64,000 nucleotides of DNA from Squalus acanthias (Eukaryota): assembly GCA_030390025.1 (NCBI GenBank), contig CM059432.1, forward strand, positions 45,324,001 to 45,388,000, in the 5' to 3' direction. The notes under the pieces were generated by a model. The model searched no databases, had not been told where the DNA came from, and saw only the letters and a list, made by a program, of their open reading frames with translations. Shown in pieces: positions 34,621 to 47,639 of the stretch (the stretch's first letter is position 1; each line of letters starts with the position of its first letter). Both the position numbers and the translations under genes were made by a program.

Positions 34621-34701
34621 CTTGCTCAGATTCTACCTACAGAGGAAAACTTCTTCTTATTCTTCCGGCAACAATTAAAGTCAAGCACAGAGTTCATGGA
34701 G
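34621..34701 (+). CDS. calb1: Calbindin 1 exon 4 (81 bp)
   Basis: tttttctag acceptor; LAQILPTEENFFLFFRQQLKSSTEFME; GT donor. Confidence 0.95.
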
Positions 34702-35639
34702 GTATCATTCGCACTGATTTTAAATATTTTTTATTCACAGCAGTGACTTTACATAGCACCATATCTTAGAATGTCCTAGCTGAGTGAAGGATCCATATTG
34801 CATATACTTTCTAAAAATCTCTATAATATTATCATATTGTCTACATTACAAAAAAGTTTTGTTATGTCTGCTGAAGTGTCCAACCCATCCCCTATAAAAT
34901 GTGTTTTGGAATGAAGACTTGACTTTTGCATGTACTAGAATGCACATTATAACTAATATGAAATGATGTAATATATATTAAAAAATTACCAGATGGAAAA
35001 ATACAGCACATATTTTAAATTCTGATATACAAGCCACATCTGTGTGAACATCACTACCTTATAGAGGTTATTAAAACATGTATGAAAATGCATAGCCTTA
35101 GTGTGCATCTTTGCCTAAATTAAACAATTTTACTCTTGTACTGTGCACTTATACAAAGATTTCTGTACTTTCCAGATGCATGCATATAGAAAATATCAGT
35201 TGGGGAATGATTTCTTCAAATCTATTATTCTTGTAGGTTTTGGATATCTTATTGGTATCACCACCCAATATAAATAAAAATGTACAGCAAGTGCCAGAAC
35301 ATACAGGGAGCATAGTTTTTGTATATAGTGATGGTTGTAATAAGCCTTATGCTCCATGGAGCATCTTGCAGGATATACAGAAAGAGCACATTATCATGGC
35401 AGCAACATTGGGTTATATAATTGGGGCAGAAATAGAAAATAATTTCAAGATGGCATCAGCAACATATACTGTGCAGAATACAGTCAGGATTTGCAAAGTA
35501 TGCAGGCAACACACTTTGTTACTAAAATACATTATGCAATCTTACAAGTCTTGTACTAACCTTGACCCCCAATGTTACATGCAAAACTCCAGTATGGAGC
35601 AATGAAACTGGAAGATTTGCCTACAATATTTGGAATCAA

Positions 35640-38600
35640 AGCAGCACAGGCAATCTGAGATCCTTCTAGGAGATTCGTAAGGTATATATTAGTGTGAAGG
35701 AGATTGATGAGCAACTTTCAAAGGCATGTAACAAAAATAGAGTAGTAATATTAGGAGACTTTAATTACTCAAATGTGGCTGGGAAAACCATAGTGCTACA
35801 GGTAGGGAAAGAGAAGAATTTCTAATATGTGCACAGGAGAACTTTCTCAATCAATATGGCCGCGATTTCGCCTGCCGAGGCGGGTCCGGTGGGGTCGGTG
35901 GCGGGGTGCAACCCCGCTGCTGGCTCCATCCCGCTCTGTGAAAAGAATTTTACACTGATTGGGCTTGTTAAGCCAGCCCATCTCACTAGCCACCCCTCAC
36001 ACTCACCCTCATCCTATTCCAATCATATCAACTAACAATTCACAAAGGTAGGCATGTGGGTGGTTTAGCCAATGTTCATGTGAAGTTTCTGTTAATGTGC
36101 TGTCAAACATTGAAACCTGTATTTTAACACTTTGCATTCTTGGACAGATTTGTGTGCACCTTTGGAAGTGGCTTAGTGAGTTGCAGTGAATGGTGAGACA
36201 TAACGGTATCCCCCGCAATGGTGATGAGTGTAAAAGGAATGGCTTGGGCATTGTAGGGATGCTTTATGGTATTGGTGTGGGTGGTGCCAATCTGGTGCAT
36301 CATATGGCAGCCAAGGTGTACAGTGTCATGTGAAGTAAATCTGGCTATGGTGAGGACATCCCTGGCGTTCTGGGCAGCAATGTGTTGATGCCCTCTGTCC
36401 TGTGTAGCACCAGCTGATTGTGGAGAAGTTTGGTGTTGTTGGAGCTGCTGGTGTGCCTGCTGCTGCTGGTGTTGGGGCTGATCGTGGTGGGATTCTGAGG
36501 ACCAAGGTGAGATTTTTTCAAGGGCACCGATGCTGATGGAATAGATGATAGGTGAGGTTGAGATGACAGAAGCGACCTGTCAATGGTGAGAGAGGTTGTT
36601 CCAATGAGATGACACTGGATAGAGAGTTTACCCCAAACACTTGCAAGCTGCATAAAGCTCAATCTGTCTTCCAAATGCAGTAAGCAACAGCTTCTAACCT
36701 TGGAAAGTGAAGACCTATGAAATGGGAGCTTTTATAGACCATTTGCAGCTGTCAAGTTTAGAAATCATCCCATGCTGACACAACACCCGACCTCCTTACC
36801 TGACGTGATCCCCGTGCAGCGGGGAAGCCTTTGGTGAGCTCTAAAAATCTAAAGGTAAGCTTAAAATAATACTTAATTGCCTCGTAACAATCCAGCTAAT
36901 GATCTAAATTGCCTCCCCCGCCGCTTGGTGTCGGGTCTGTTCTGCAATGACAGACCCGACATCTGGGAGGTTGGCGTGGAGGTGGTTTGACAGCGGGGTC
37001 CCTACCCACTGTCAAACACTTTTTTTCCCAGCCAACCCGCCACCAAACATGCCCCCTGACACCCCCCCCCCCCCGAAAAATTCCGGCCTATGTCTCCAGT
37101 CCAACAACGAAGGAAGCAGTGTTGGATCTGGTTCTGGGAAATGAAGTAGGGTAAGTGGAGTGTGTTACAGTAGGAGATCATCTAGTTAACTGTGACCACA
37201 CCATAATTCGATTTAAAGTAATTATGGAAAGAGACCAGAAAATATCGAAGGTAAAAATGCTCAACTGGGGAAGAGCTAATTTCAGGGATTTAAGAAGGGA
37301 CCTCGCACAGGTAGATTGGAAAAGGTGATTGCAGAGTAAAGCAGTAACGGAGCATTGGAGAGCTTTCAGGGAAGAGATAGTTCAGATACAAACTAAGCAT
37401 ATTCCTTTTGAAGGGCGAGCATTCAAAGCTAATGCGCCCTGGATGACAAAGGAAATAAAAGTTAAAATAAAACAGAAAAAGGAGGCTTATGACAAATGTC
37501 AGGAACACGATTCAGTCAATAACCAGGAAGATTATGGAAAGTACAGGAGGGAATTGAAAAAGTTAATACGGGAGGAAAAGAGAGGTTACAAGAAAAGATT
37601 AGCAGGCAACATTAAATTGAAGCCTAAAACATTTGATAAACATATAAAGTGTAAGCGGTTTGCTAGGGAAAAAGTTTGGCCCATTAAGGAACCAAAGGGA
37701 AATCTTCATCGAGGCAGAGGACATAGCAAAAGTATTAAATGAGAACTTTGCATCTGTCTTCACAAAGGAAGCGGATGATGTGATGGTTACACTAAAAGAT
37801 GAGGGGGAAGTTATGGATAGGATAATGATAGAGGATATACTAAAAAGATTAGCATTACTGAAAGTTAGTAAGTCACCTGGTCCAGATGGAATGCATCCTA
37901 GGTTGGTGAAAGAAGCAAATATAAGAAATACCAGAGGCATTGGTCACAATCTTTCAATTCTCATTGGATACAGGAGTAGTGCCAGAGGACTGGAGGGTTG
38001 CTAATGTTATACCACTATTCAAGAAAGGGGAGAGGAATAAACCAGGAAACTACAGGCCAGTCAGCCTAACATCGGTGGTGGGGAAGTTATTGGAAAGGCA
38101 TGGGTTAACCAAGGAGAGCCAGCATAGATTTGTTAAAGGTAAATTATGTCTGTTTAACTCGATTGAATTCTTTGAGTTTACAGAGAAGGTTGATCAAGGT
38201 AGTGCAGTAGATGTTGTATATATGGACTTTTGGAAGGCATTCAACAAAGTACCACATAGGAAGCTTATTAAGAAGATGGAAGCCCGTGGAATTAAGGGGA
38301 AAGTGGCTCAGTGACAGGAAGCAAAGGGTAGTGGTGGATGGATGTTTTTCAGACTGGGAGGTGGTTTGCAGTGGTGGTCCCCAAGGGTTAGTTTTGGGTC
38401 CATTGCTCTTTCCAATTTTTATAAATGACCTAGACTTGGGTGTAGGGGTGCAGCATTATAAAGTTTGCAGCTGATGTGAAACTTTGCAAAGTTGTATATA
38501 ATGATGAGGATAGTTACAGGCTTCAGGATGACATAGACAAGATGGTGAAATGGGCAGAAGTATGGCAGATGGAGTTCAATGCAGAGAAGTGTGAAATGAT

Positions 38601-39375
38601 GCACTTTGGGAGGACTAATATGGAAAGACAGTATAGTATAAATGGCATGATTTTGAAAAAGTGTAGATGAGCAGTGAGACCTTGGTATCCATATACACAA
38701 ATCCTTAAAGGTGGCAGGGTAATTTGATAAGGTGGTTAAAAAAGCATATGGGTTACTTGGGTTTATAAATTGTGGAATAGACTACTAAATAAAAGCAATC
38801 ATGCTAGAACTTTATAAATCACTGGTTAGACTTCCGCTGGAGTATTGTGGACAATTCTGGGCACCACACTTCAGGAAAGATGTAAAGGCATTGGAAAGGT
38901 TACAGAGGAGGTTTACCAGGATGTTACCAGGGATGAGGGACTTCAGTTATGAGGAGAGGTTGGAAAAATTAGGACTGTTCTCCTTAGAACAGGGAAGGTT
39001 AAGAGGCGAACTAAAAGAGGTTTTCAAGATGATGAGAGGTTTTGATAGAGTTAATGGGGAAAGATATTCCCTCTGGCGAGTCGGTCAATAACTAGATGTC
39101 ATAGATTCAATATTGTTGGAAGAAGATCTAGAGGGGAGATGAGGAGCGCGTTTTTCATTGTGTTGTCGGGATCTGGAATGCTCTACTTGAAAGGTGGTGG
39201 AAGCTGTTTCCATAAATAATTTTAAAAGTGAGTTGGACAAGTACTTGAGGATGAGGAACTTAGAGTTACGGACAAAAAGCGGGATTTGGGACTAAGCACG
39301 ACTGCTCTTTCAAAGAGCCAGCACAGGCACAATGGGCCAAATGGCCTCCTTCTGTGCTGTAAGTTTCTATAATTT
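35640..39375 (+). mobile_element. Long degraded CR1 LINE (endonuclease through RT) in calb1 intron 4, interrupted by Harbinger copy 3
   Basis: [45 protein letters not shown] and LEYCGQFWAPHFRKD fragments with frameshifts. Confidence 0.9.
35858..37088 (+). mobile_element. Non-autonomous Harbinger, copy 3 (Myb segment deleted)
   Basis: TIRs GGCCGCGATTT / AAATTCCGGCC. 3-bp TSD TAT (35855-35857 and 37089-37091); removing the element restores the CR1 sequence. Confidence 0.88.
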
Positions 39376-39821
39376 TAACAAATCATGCAGCAGATATAAA
39401 TGCAGATTTGAGTCTCTGGCCTGAGCCACATTGAGCAGGGAGGTGCTAGGCAGAAGATTGCATGGTCTCCTTGGGATGGAGGAGCAAAAGTCACAGATAT
39501 GAATAATATCTGGTATGTCTCTGGTACCTCCTGGAAGTCAGTTCTAGAAAACATTGGCAGCAGCTTGGAAGCACGCTGTGCACTTGCCCACTAGGCTGCA
39601 AGGTGTAAGAGCAGGTGGATGAATAAGAAAAGGTATTTCAAAAAATACAGATAAAGGGGGAAACTTATCCAAAAATATCTCTATGAAAAAGCAAAACAAA
39701 CTTGGCAAATTGCTAGACAAATATTTAATAAAAATGTTATTAAGTATATTAAATTCAACATACAAAAGCTAAAAGTTGCTACACTCACTAATAAAACATA
39801 AAGTGATTTTGTTGACATGAA

Positions 39822-41520
39822 GGGCTGGATTTTACGAACTTTGGTGGGTCCCAGCCCCGCTGCTGTCTCCATCCCGGCCTCTGAAATGAATTTCCCTTGA
39901 TTGGGCTTATTAAGCCCGCCCAGCACATTTGCCAGCCAATTAGAGGAAGCGAGTCTGGTAACATCATTTGATGATACGTCATCAGCAGGTTTCTTTAAAG
40001 GGACCATGTCCAAATTTATTTTGACAATTGTTATGTCAGTGTTCTACAGCATTGAGGTGCTGCAAACACTGACAACCACTGCACAGAGGTGCAGGGCTGC
40101 ACCCAGTCTCTCCCATGAGTCCCTCCTTATGCTTGCGGAGGGAGTCACAGCACACAGGGAGGTCCTCTTCCTTTCCCATGGGTGGAACAGACCTCCCTAG
40201 GAGATCAACACAGCCTGGTTGCACATTGCACAGGAGGGCACAAGCAGGGATGTGGTCAGGAGGACCTGGGTGCAGTCTCGCAAACATTTCAATGATCTCA
40301 GTAGCTCACAAAACGTTAGTACAAAGCCATGCATAACCCCATCCTGCTGTGCCTCTCATCACATCCCCATCACTCTGGCTTCCCTACCCTACTCCTGCAC
40401 ATCCTTACTCACACCAACTTACCTTGCACCTCCACCCATCCCCCTCTATCTACATTATCACATCCCCATCTCACTAGCCACCCCTCACACTCATCCTATG
40501 TAATCATACCAACTAACAACACACAAGGGTAGGCCCTTGGGTGTTTTATTCCATGTTCATGTAAAGTTTCTGTTAATGTGGTGTCAAACATTGAAACCTT
40601 TTATTTTCAACACTTTGCATTCTTGGACAGATTTGTGTGCACCTTTGGAAGTGGTTTAGTGAGTTGCAGTGAATGGTGAGACATAACAGTACCCCGTGCA
40701 ATGGAGATGAGTGTGAAAGGAATGGCTTGGGCATTGTAGGGATGCTTTATGGTGTTGGTGTGGGGTGGTGCCAACCTGGTGCATCAGGGTGTACAGCGTC
40801 AAATGAAGTTAATCTGACCATAGTGAGGCCATCCCTGGCCTCCCGGGCTGCAATGTGGTCGGGTGTTGATGCCCTATGTCCTGTGCAGCATCAGTTAATT
40901 ACGGAAAAGGTTGGTGTTGTTGGTGCTGCTGGTGTTGGGGCTGATCATGGTGGGATTCTGAGGACCAAGGTGAGAGACTTTCAAGGGCACCAATGCAAAT
41001 GGAATAGTTGGCAGGTGAAGTAAAGATGGCAGAAGCGATTTGTCAATGGTGGGAGAGGTAATGAGGTCAGACTGGATGGAGACTTGTGTAAAGACTTGCA
41101 GCATTCTGAATCTGTAATGGAAATGCAGTTTAGAGAAGCTAGTGGTTAAGGGAACATTTCTCAATCAGCTGGGAGCTTTCACTTGGCATTTGAATCTGTC
41201 AACTCATCAGCTGGTTCAATGGCCACTCCCGCCTCACAGACGAGGTCTAGGCACAGCGAGAAACTGGTGGGTGACCTGTCAAATCCAAAAAGCTGGGGGG
41301 AAAAAATTGATAAGTGGCTGTAAACAAGCCACTAATGATTTTAATTGCCTCCCCTGCCGCTGCGTGTCGGGACTGCTCAGCGCTGACAGACCCAACATTT
41401 GGTAAAGGCGTGTGGCAGCGGGTTCACAGCGGGGTCCCGATCTGCTGGGAAAAAAAAAAAACACTTTCCCTCCCGACCCACCACCGATCGCACCCGCTGA
41501 CCCCTCGCAAAATCAAGCCA
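39822..41520 (+). mobile_element. Non-autonomous Harbinger, copy 4
   Basis: TIRs GGGCTGGATTTTACGA / TCGCAAAATCAAGCCA. TSD GAA. Myb segment has a stop at 40198-40200. Confidence 0.88.
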
Positions 41521-41666
41521 GAAGTGTTGAAATAGATTTTATCGCTTAGAGCAACAATTCCACTATTACAAAATATTTCCACGGTGTTGAGTTATTCTGT
41601 GGGTAAATCACTCTAAAACGTAGCTAAATAAAGCAAACTGTGCATCTAAAGCATTTTCTTTTTCAG

Positions 41667-41723
41667 ACTTGGCGAAGGTATGATGAAGATCATAGTGGCT
41701 TCATAGAAGCAGATGAACTGAAG
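41667..41723 (+). CDS. calb1: Calbindin 1 exon 5 (57 bp)
   Basis: tttttcag acceptor; TWRRYDEDHSGFIEADELK (canonical EF3 loop); gtaaag donor. Confidence 0.96.
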
Positions 41724-41998
41724 GTAAAGGCCTATGGTACATAAGATATTGTACATGTTCACTCTAGTAAGTTGAAACCAGTTGGGACTTTCTCGTCTAA
41801 GCTGTTCTCATCTCTGCAGTGAAGCAGTTGCATGGAAAATGTGCACAATGCATTGGTATGGTTAACTGAGTATATGGTTGGTTACTGGGCAGCTGAACTC
41901 CACAACCACAATGTGATGCAGTTGCTCAGATGTATACTTGTGACCTCTGTGCCTATCCTGGAACTAGAGAATGCAATGCTTACTGGTGTAGACACAAA

Positions 41999-44840
41999 GG
42001 CCTAGAAATTCCCTACCTTAGCGCCACGTGTTTGCGCTGAATTTCTTCAAAAAATGGCGGCCGCCTCGCTTCCGGCACGGGACATGGCAGCCGCCATTTT
42101 GGTGAGGGCCATAGCGCTGCTGTTGCCAGCGCTGGCCTCTCAATGAGTAGATCATGACGTCAATCGGCGTGCAATGCCTGATTTGATGCCACGACTGCTA
42201 TTTTGAACGTTGCCGCATGCCATAATTCCCTCTCCTAACTACGCACAGAAGAACATGCATGTAGCAGCCATGCAGCGATGCTGTCAGCGCTTCTTTAAAG
42301 GACACGCACATCTTTCAGGTAAATTTGGATTTCAGCTTTTTGACTTAAAAAAAATATTTTATTGAATTAGTAGCTCGGTGCAATACATTAAAAAAGTTGT
42401 TATTATGCAGGGAGTGCTGCTGGACACTTGAAAGGCTTTGGATGGTAAAGGAAGGCTTCTGAGAAGACAGAAAATGCTGGAGTACACGGAAGGAAGGATG
42501 CAACCCAGACAGCCCTTTCTGGCTGGGATATCCGGGGTGAAATTATCCGCCTGTGGTACCAGTGACCACAACCCAAATTCCCCTTTCGACATTTGTCCCA
42601 CACCTTCCCTTCCCTCTGTTACTGACCATCACAGTGTCCTCTTGGCCACAATGCTGAAGAAAAAGCCACCACAAAGCAAACTTTCCAATCCAATTTTATC
42701 TATATATGCATCCAATATTACATCAAAAACATCAACTAATCACCCTTGTGCATTCCCTTAGTGAGTGTCTTGCGTGTGCCTTTCCCTATCCTAGTGCTCT
42801 ACTCCAGTGGCTGCAGCATGGCTGGTGGAAAGCTGCTGACTTTCAATGGGGGAGTCTGCAGATGGTCTTGCAGGAAGACCTTGAGGAGCTGGTAGCTGGG
42901 ATTGTGAAATCGAATGACGGTGTTTCTTCTTCTTCTTCACCGCTCTCCTCGCCCTCTTGTTGACCCACTGGCTGGGCAGGCTGGATTTCTTGGGCATCTG
43001 AAATGAGGAAGGCACAAGGGTAGGGTTGTGTTAGGCGGGGGGCAGGAAAGCAAGAGATGCATGCTTACACCATGCACAGCAGCTTGTACGTTCGACTTCG
43101 AGTAAGACTCTTGAAACAATATCGTCAAAGAAGGCTTTATTATTTACTTTACTTGCAAGGAGAATGCAACCGTAGCCAAATAGCTACGATGACACACTGA
43201 AAATTCACAGAAAATGGAATATTCTTATACACTGATAATACAAGCTTTCCATATCACATGACATGTTGTTTAAGGTAAACTAAATTAAAAGTTAAAAAAA
43301 CATAGGAAATGCCTTACGATGAGACTAGCTAATCTCTACAAAATGGAGTCTATCTATCTGTTCTTCTCCCACCAAGGCCAAGGCGCCTGGCTGTTTACTT
43401 CACTAGTTCTTGGTTATCTCAAGTTGATTAGAAGAAGCCTTTTTTTCTCTGTGCTAGCAGACTTTGCTGACAGCATAGTCTGCAAGTTTAAATTCATCTT
43501 CATGAGAAACATAACAACTTATCTTTTTTCCAAACAAGTCAGAGTCGGCCATTTTGTATCATTCTTTGTGTCTAGGAAGCCATTTTGTGTCTGAGACAAA
43601 ATGCACTTCCACACTTTCAATGGGGGAGACTGCAGATGGTCTTGCAGGAAGACCTTGAGGAGCTGGTAGCTGGGATTGTGAAATCGAATGACGGTGTTTC
43701 TTCTTCTTCTTCTTCTTCTTCTTCACCGCTCTCCTCTCCCTCTTGTTGACCCACTGGCTGGGCCGGCTGGATTTCTTGGGCGTCTGAAATGAGGAAGGCA
43801 CAAGGGTAGGGTTGTGTTAGGCGGGGGGCAGGAAAGCAAGAGATGCATGCTTACACCATGCACAGCAGCTTGTACATCAGAGGAGATTGTGGGATGAGGG
43901 GGAAGTGGGATGTGAAAAGAAGGATAACGTATGAGGCTGCCAGCCTCTTGTATTCTTTCAGCCATGCCCCTGCCAAGAATGGCCAGCACCAAGGGGGTGA
44001 GGTGAAGCTAGGAATGTGAGATATGCCATGTGTTTGGTAGAGATTGTTGGTAGGTGAGTGATGGGGTGGTGTGGGGTGGTGTGGGGTGGGGGGGGGGGGC
44101 GGTGACTGTTGTGCATTGAGCAGTGTGTGAGGTTAGTGGTGCAGTTGATAGGAGACGGTTTTTGAAGATGCATTCAGTGACGTTGACCGTTGGTCTGAGG
44201 TCATGAAACTTCTTTGGGCACTGGAGCCAAGTCCTGGGGGGATGACACTGCTGACAGTGACAACCTCGGTGATCTGGTCCCGCATCCGTCTTTCTGGAGG
44301 GCCTCCTGGCCCCCTGTGGGTAGAGGACCTCTCTTCCAGTGTTGACCCCCTGCACAAAGCTGGAGTGCTGCTTGCGAGACCCTGGGTGCCCCTTCCCTGG
44401 CTTGTTGAGCCATTTGTGTTAGTGCTAAAGCACTTTCACCATTTTATTACATGCAGAAGGCAGTTCAGCTTTAATACTTCCGGAATTATGTAATTTTTTT
44501 TCAGAAGGCAGTTGAGCTCTAAGGGCTAAAGACTGCCTATTTTTAAATGGTTTTATTTAATTTTAAAAGGCAGTTCCCCATTAAGGGCTCAAAACTGCTT
44601 TCTAAAATGACAGCCTAGCCTTAAGAAAACGCTGCCTCATTCCAGGGTTGTTACAGCCATGCTACATTGGGCCTCCTGCTGAGCGCACCGCCTGAAGCAG
44701 TGCGTTGCATGGTAGGTTCTGCGCTGCAATCATTTAAATCGGCAGCCAGCACCAAAATAACGGTGCTGCCTGCGCTCTTTTTACAGGCGCAAGTTAACCT
44801 CGCCCAGCAATGGCACTGCCCGTTTCCAGATTTCTAGGCC
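41999..44840 (-). mobile_element. Second Harbinger-derived family (Myb/SANT remnant on - strand) containing a solo LTR and an internal duplication
   Basis: TIRs GGCCTAGAAAT / ATTTCTAGGCC. TSD AAA (41996-41998 and 44841-44843). Frameshifted MAQQAREGAPR...REVLYPQG...RTWLQCPKKFHDL at ~44190-44413. Confidence 0.85.
43085..43613 (-). mobile_element. Probable solo LTR (529 bp)
   Basis: On the - strand it reads TGTGG...GTACA, with TATAAG (~43224-43229) upstream of AATAAA (~43136-43141). AT-rich and unrelated to the host element. Confidence 0.7.
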
Positions 44841-44867
44841 AAAGCTTTTTCTTTTTAGACAGTTTAT

Positions 44868-45447
44868 GGACTAAAAATTGGTTATGGCCTGTTTTCTGGC
44901 ATGCACAGAGCGCCGCCCCAACTGGGAGGCCTGAGGTCTGCCTGCAATCAGGCCTCATTTCAATAATTTTGGTGAGCTGCCGGCTTCTGTCACCCATTGA
45001 TAGCATTCCAATTTTGAATTTTCTGCCTCACCAGCAGCAGCTCTCAGGTAAGTCCTGGGGTGGGGGGTAAGGACAATGGGGGTGGGGCGGGGAGCCAAGT
45101 GCAGGCTGGCAGCAGCCCTCAGTAGTGCTAGGGAGCCAGGACTAGCAAGTTTTAAATTAAAAAACGCATTTTTTGATGGTCGTTGCTGCTTAGGTCGCAG
45201 TGACTGCTGAAGAATCCTGAAAAATCTGCTCATCATTCACCGATTTAGTGCATATGTAAGGGGCCTAATGCCTGTATCAGGTGGGCACCACAATGGCCTG
45301 GGCAGCCACCTATACCAATATGGTGGTGCCCATACCCCTGGCACTGATCAGGTGCAGGACATTGTTCCCTGAAATTGGCCCTCGATGCCAATTGTTAAAC
45401 TAGTTTACACCTGTAAAACAGGCAGAATGAAGTCCAGTTTCTATCCC
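44868..45447. mobile_element. Degraded Harbinger-type MITE
   Basis: Imperfect ends GGACTAAAAATTGG / CCAGTTTCTATCCC and GC-rich arms. Confidence 0.45.
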
Positions 45448-45654
45448 AGATATCTGCTAATGTCTGAGGTTTCACCTTGAGCAGTTTCACTTGCAATAAA
45501 TAATTGTAACAGTTTGTGGACTGTAAGTGTCCATGACATCCTTGGACTAGAATCTAATCAGTTACCAGTAGTTTTATTTGAATGACACTACAGGGCTGAA
45601 ATTTCATCAAAATATCCCAGAAAATTCAATTACAATAAGCCTGCACAAAGACAT

Positions 45655-47480
45655 TTGCTGTGCACATGTATGCTGACAACACCCAGCTCTACCTCACCAC
45701 TACCTCTTCACCGTTCCACTACCTCTGATTTGTCACGCTGCTTGTCCGACATCCAGTTTTGGATGAGCAGAAATTTCATAGAATTACATCGAATTTTACA
45801 GCACAGAAACAGGCCATTCGGCCCAACAGGTCTGTGCCGTGCTTATGCTCCATATGAGCCTCCTCCCATCCGACTTTATCTAACCCCATCAACATATCCT
45901 TCTATTCATTTCTCCCTCATGTCCTTGTCTAGCTTCCCCTTAAATGCATCAATGCTATTTGCCTCAACTGCTCCATGTGTCAGCGAGTTCCAAATTCTCA
46001 CTACTCCCTTGAGTAAAGAAGTTTATCCTGAACTCTTTTTTGGATTTATTAGTGACTATCTTGTATTTATCCTATTTTTGCACACTCCAACAGTGGAAAC
46101 ATCCTATTTATGTCTATTGAACTCTTCATAATTTTAAAGACCTCTATCAGGTCATCTCTCAGTCTTCAAGTTGTTGTTGTTATACTTAAAAAAAAAAAAA
46201 AAAATTCTGATGCAGAAATTGAGTGGGACACGGGAAGAAAAACACCCCAAAGTGCTCACAGAGGCGTAACCAGACAAAAATGGATGCTGAGACAAAGAAG
46301 GAGAGCTGATCAAAATCTTGGTGAAAGAGATGGATGTGAAGAAGGGCTTAAAGAAGGGGAGAGAGATTGAGGGATTTAGAATGGGCATTCCAAAGCATAG
46401 GTTTAAAGACACGGCCGTCAATGGTGGGGGTGAAGGGAGGGCTGGGGCAGGATAGGATACGGGCTGCAGAGTTTGAGGGTGGAAGATGGGAGGTCAGCCA
46501 GCAGAGCATTAGAATAGTCGAGTCTGGTGGTGACAAAGATATGGATGAGGGTTTCAGTGGCAGGTCCGGAGGCAGATGATGTTACAAAGGTAGGCAGTCC
46601 TTGTGATGGAGGGTGGTCAAATCGGACACCGAGTTTGCGAACAGTCTGAGAAAATGAACAGGGACTGGATGGAACTGGTGGCAAGGGTATGGTGTTTGCA
46701 ACGGGGGACCAAAGACAATGGCTTCAGTCTTCCCAATGCTTAACTAGAGGAAATTGCGGCTCATCCAAGACTGGATATTGGACAAGCAGTCTGACAACAC
46801 AAAGGCAATGGATGGGTTTAGAAAGTGGTGGAGAGGCAAAGATGGATGGCATCATCATATTATATGAAAGCTGACATCAAGTCTGCAGATGATGTCACCA
46901 AGGGGCAGCATGTTGATGAGGAAGAGCAGGGGGCCAAGAATAACTCCTTGAGGGAGTCCAGAGGTATAGTGCAGGAGCAGGAAGATGTACCATTGCTTTG
47001 ACTAAAATCAGATATGTAAGAGTGGAACTGAATGAGGGCAATCCCACTGATCTGGATAACGGAGGAAAGGCATTAGAGAAGGATGGTGTGGTTGACCATG
47101 TCAAAGGCTGCAAAGGGTTTAAGGAAGACAGAGGGATAAATCATCATGGTCACAGTAACATACAATGTCATTTGTAACTTTGGTGCTGTGTCTGGGACAG
47201 GAACCTGATAAGAGGGATTCAAATCTGGACTTGCAAGAAAGATGGGCATGGATTTTGGAGGTGACTACACATTTAAGTACTTTGGAGAGGAAAGGGAGGC
47301 TGGAGACGGGAGAGTAATTTGCAAGGTCAAAAGGTTTATTTAAGAGGGGAGTGATGACAACAGTTAGAGAGTACATAAGGAGAGGGAATAATTTACAATG
47401 TCAGCTGGCATGGGGGTCAGGAAGGGAAGGTGGGTGGTCAGCAGTTTATCGGGAATGGGGTTAAGGGAGGAGGGGGAATC
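45655..47480. mobile_element. Cluster of LINE fragments: L2 (+, 45655-45776), CR1 3' end (-, 45777-46165), degraded L2 (-, ~46200-47480)
   Basis: HMYADNTQLY-like fragment, CR1 tail CATAGAATTACA, and similarity to the L2 at 9456-11080. Confidence 0.75.
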
Positions 47481-47639
47481 ATTCAAGCCTTTAATGTTTC
47501 TGTTCGATGACCTTTCGTCTGAAATCTGATGAGTTAATCCTGTCACTTTATAAATCATTGGTGTGACCGCACTTAAACTATGTACAGTTCAGGTTGCCAC
47601 TGTACAAATACAGTTATAGAACAGAAGTATAAAAGAACT

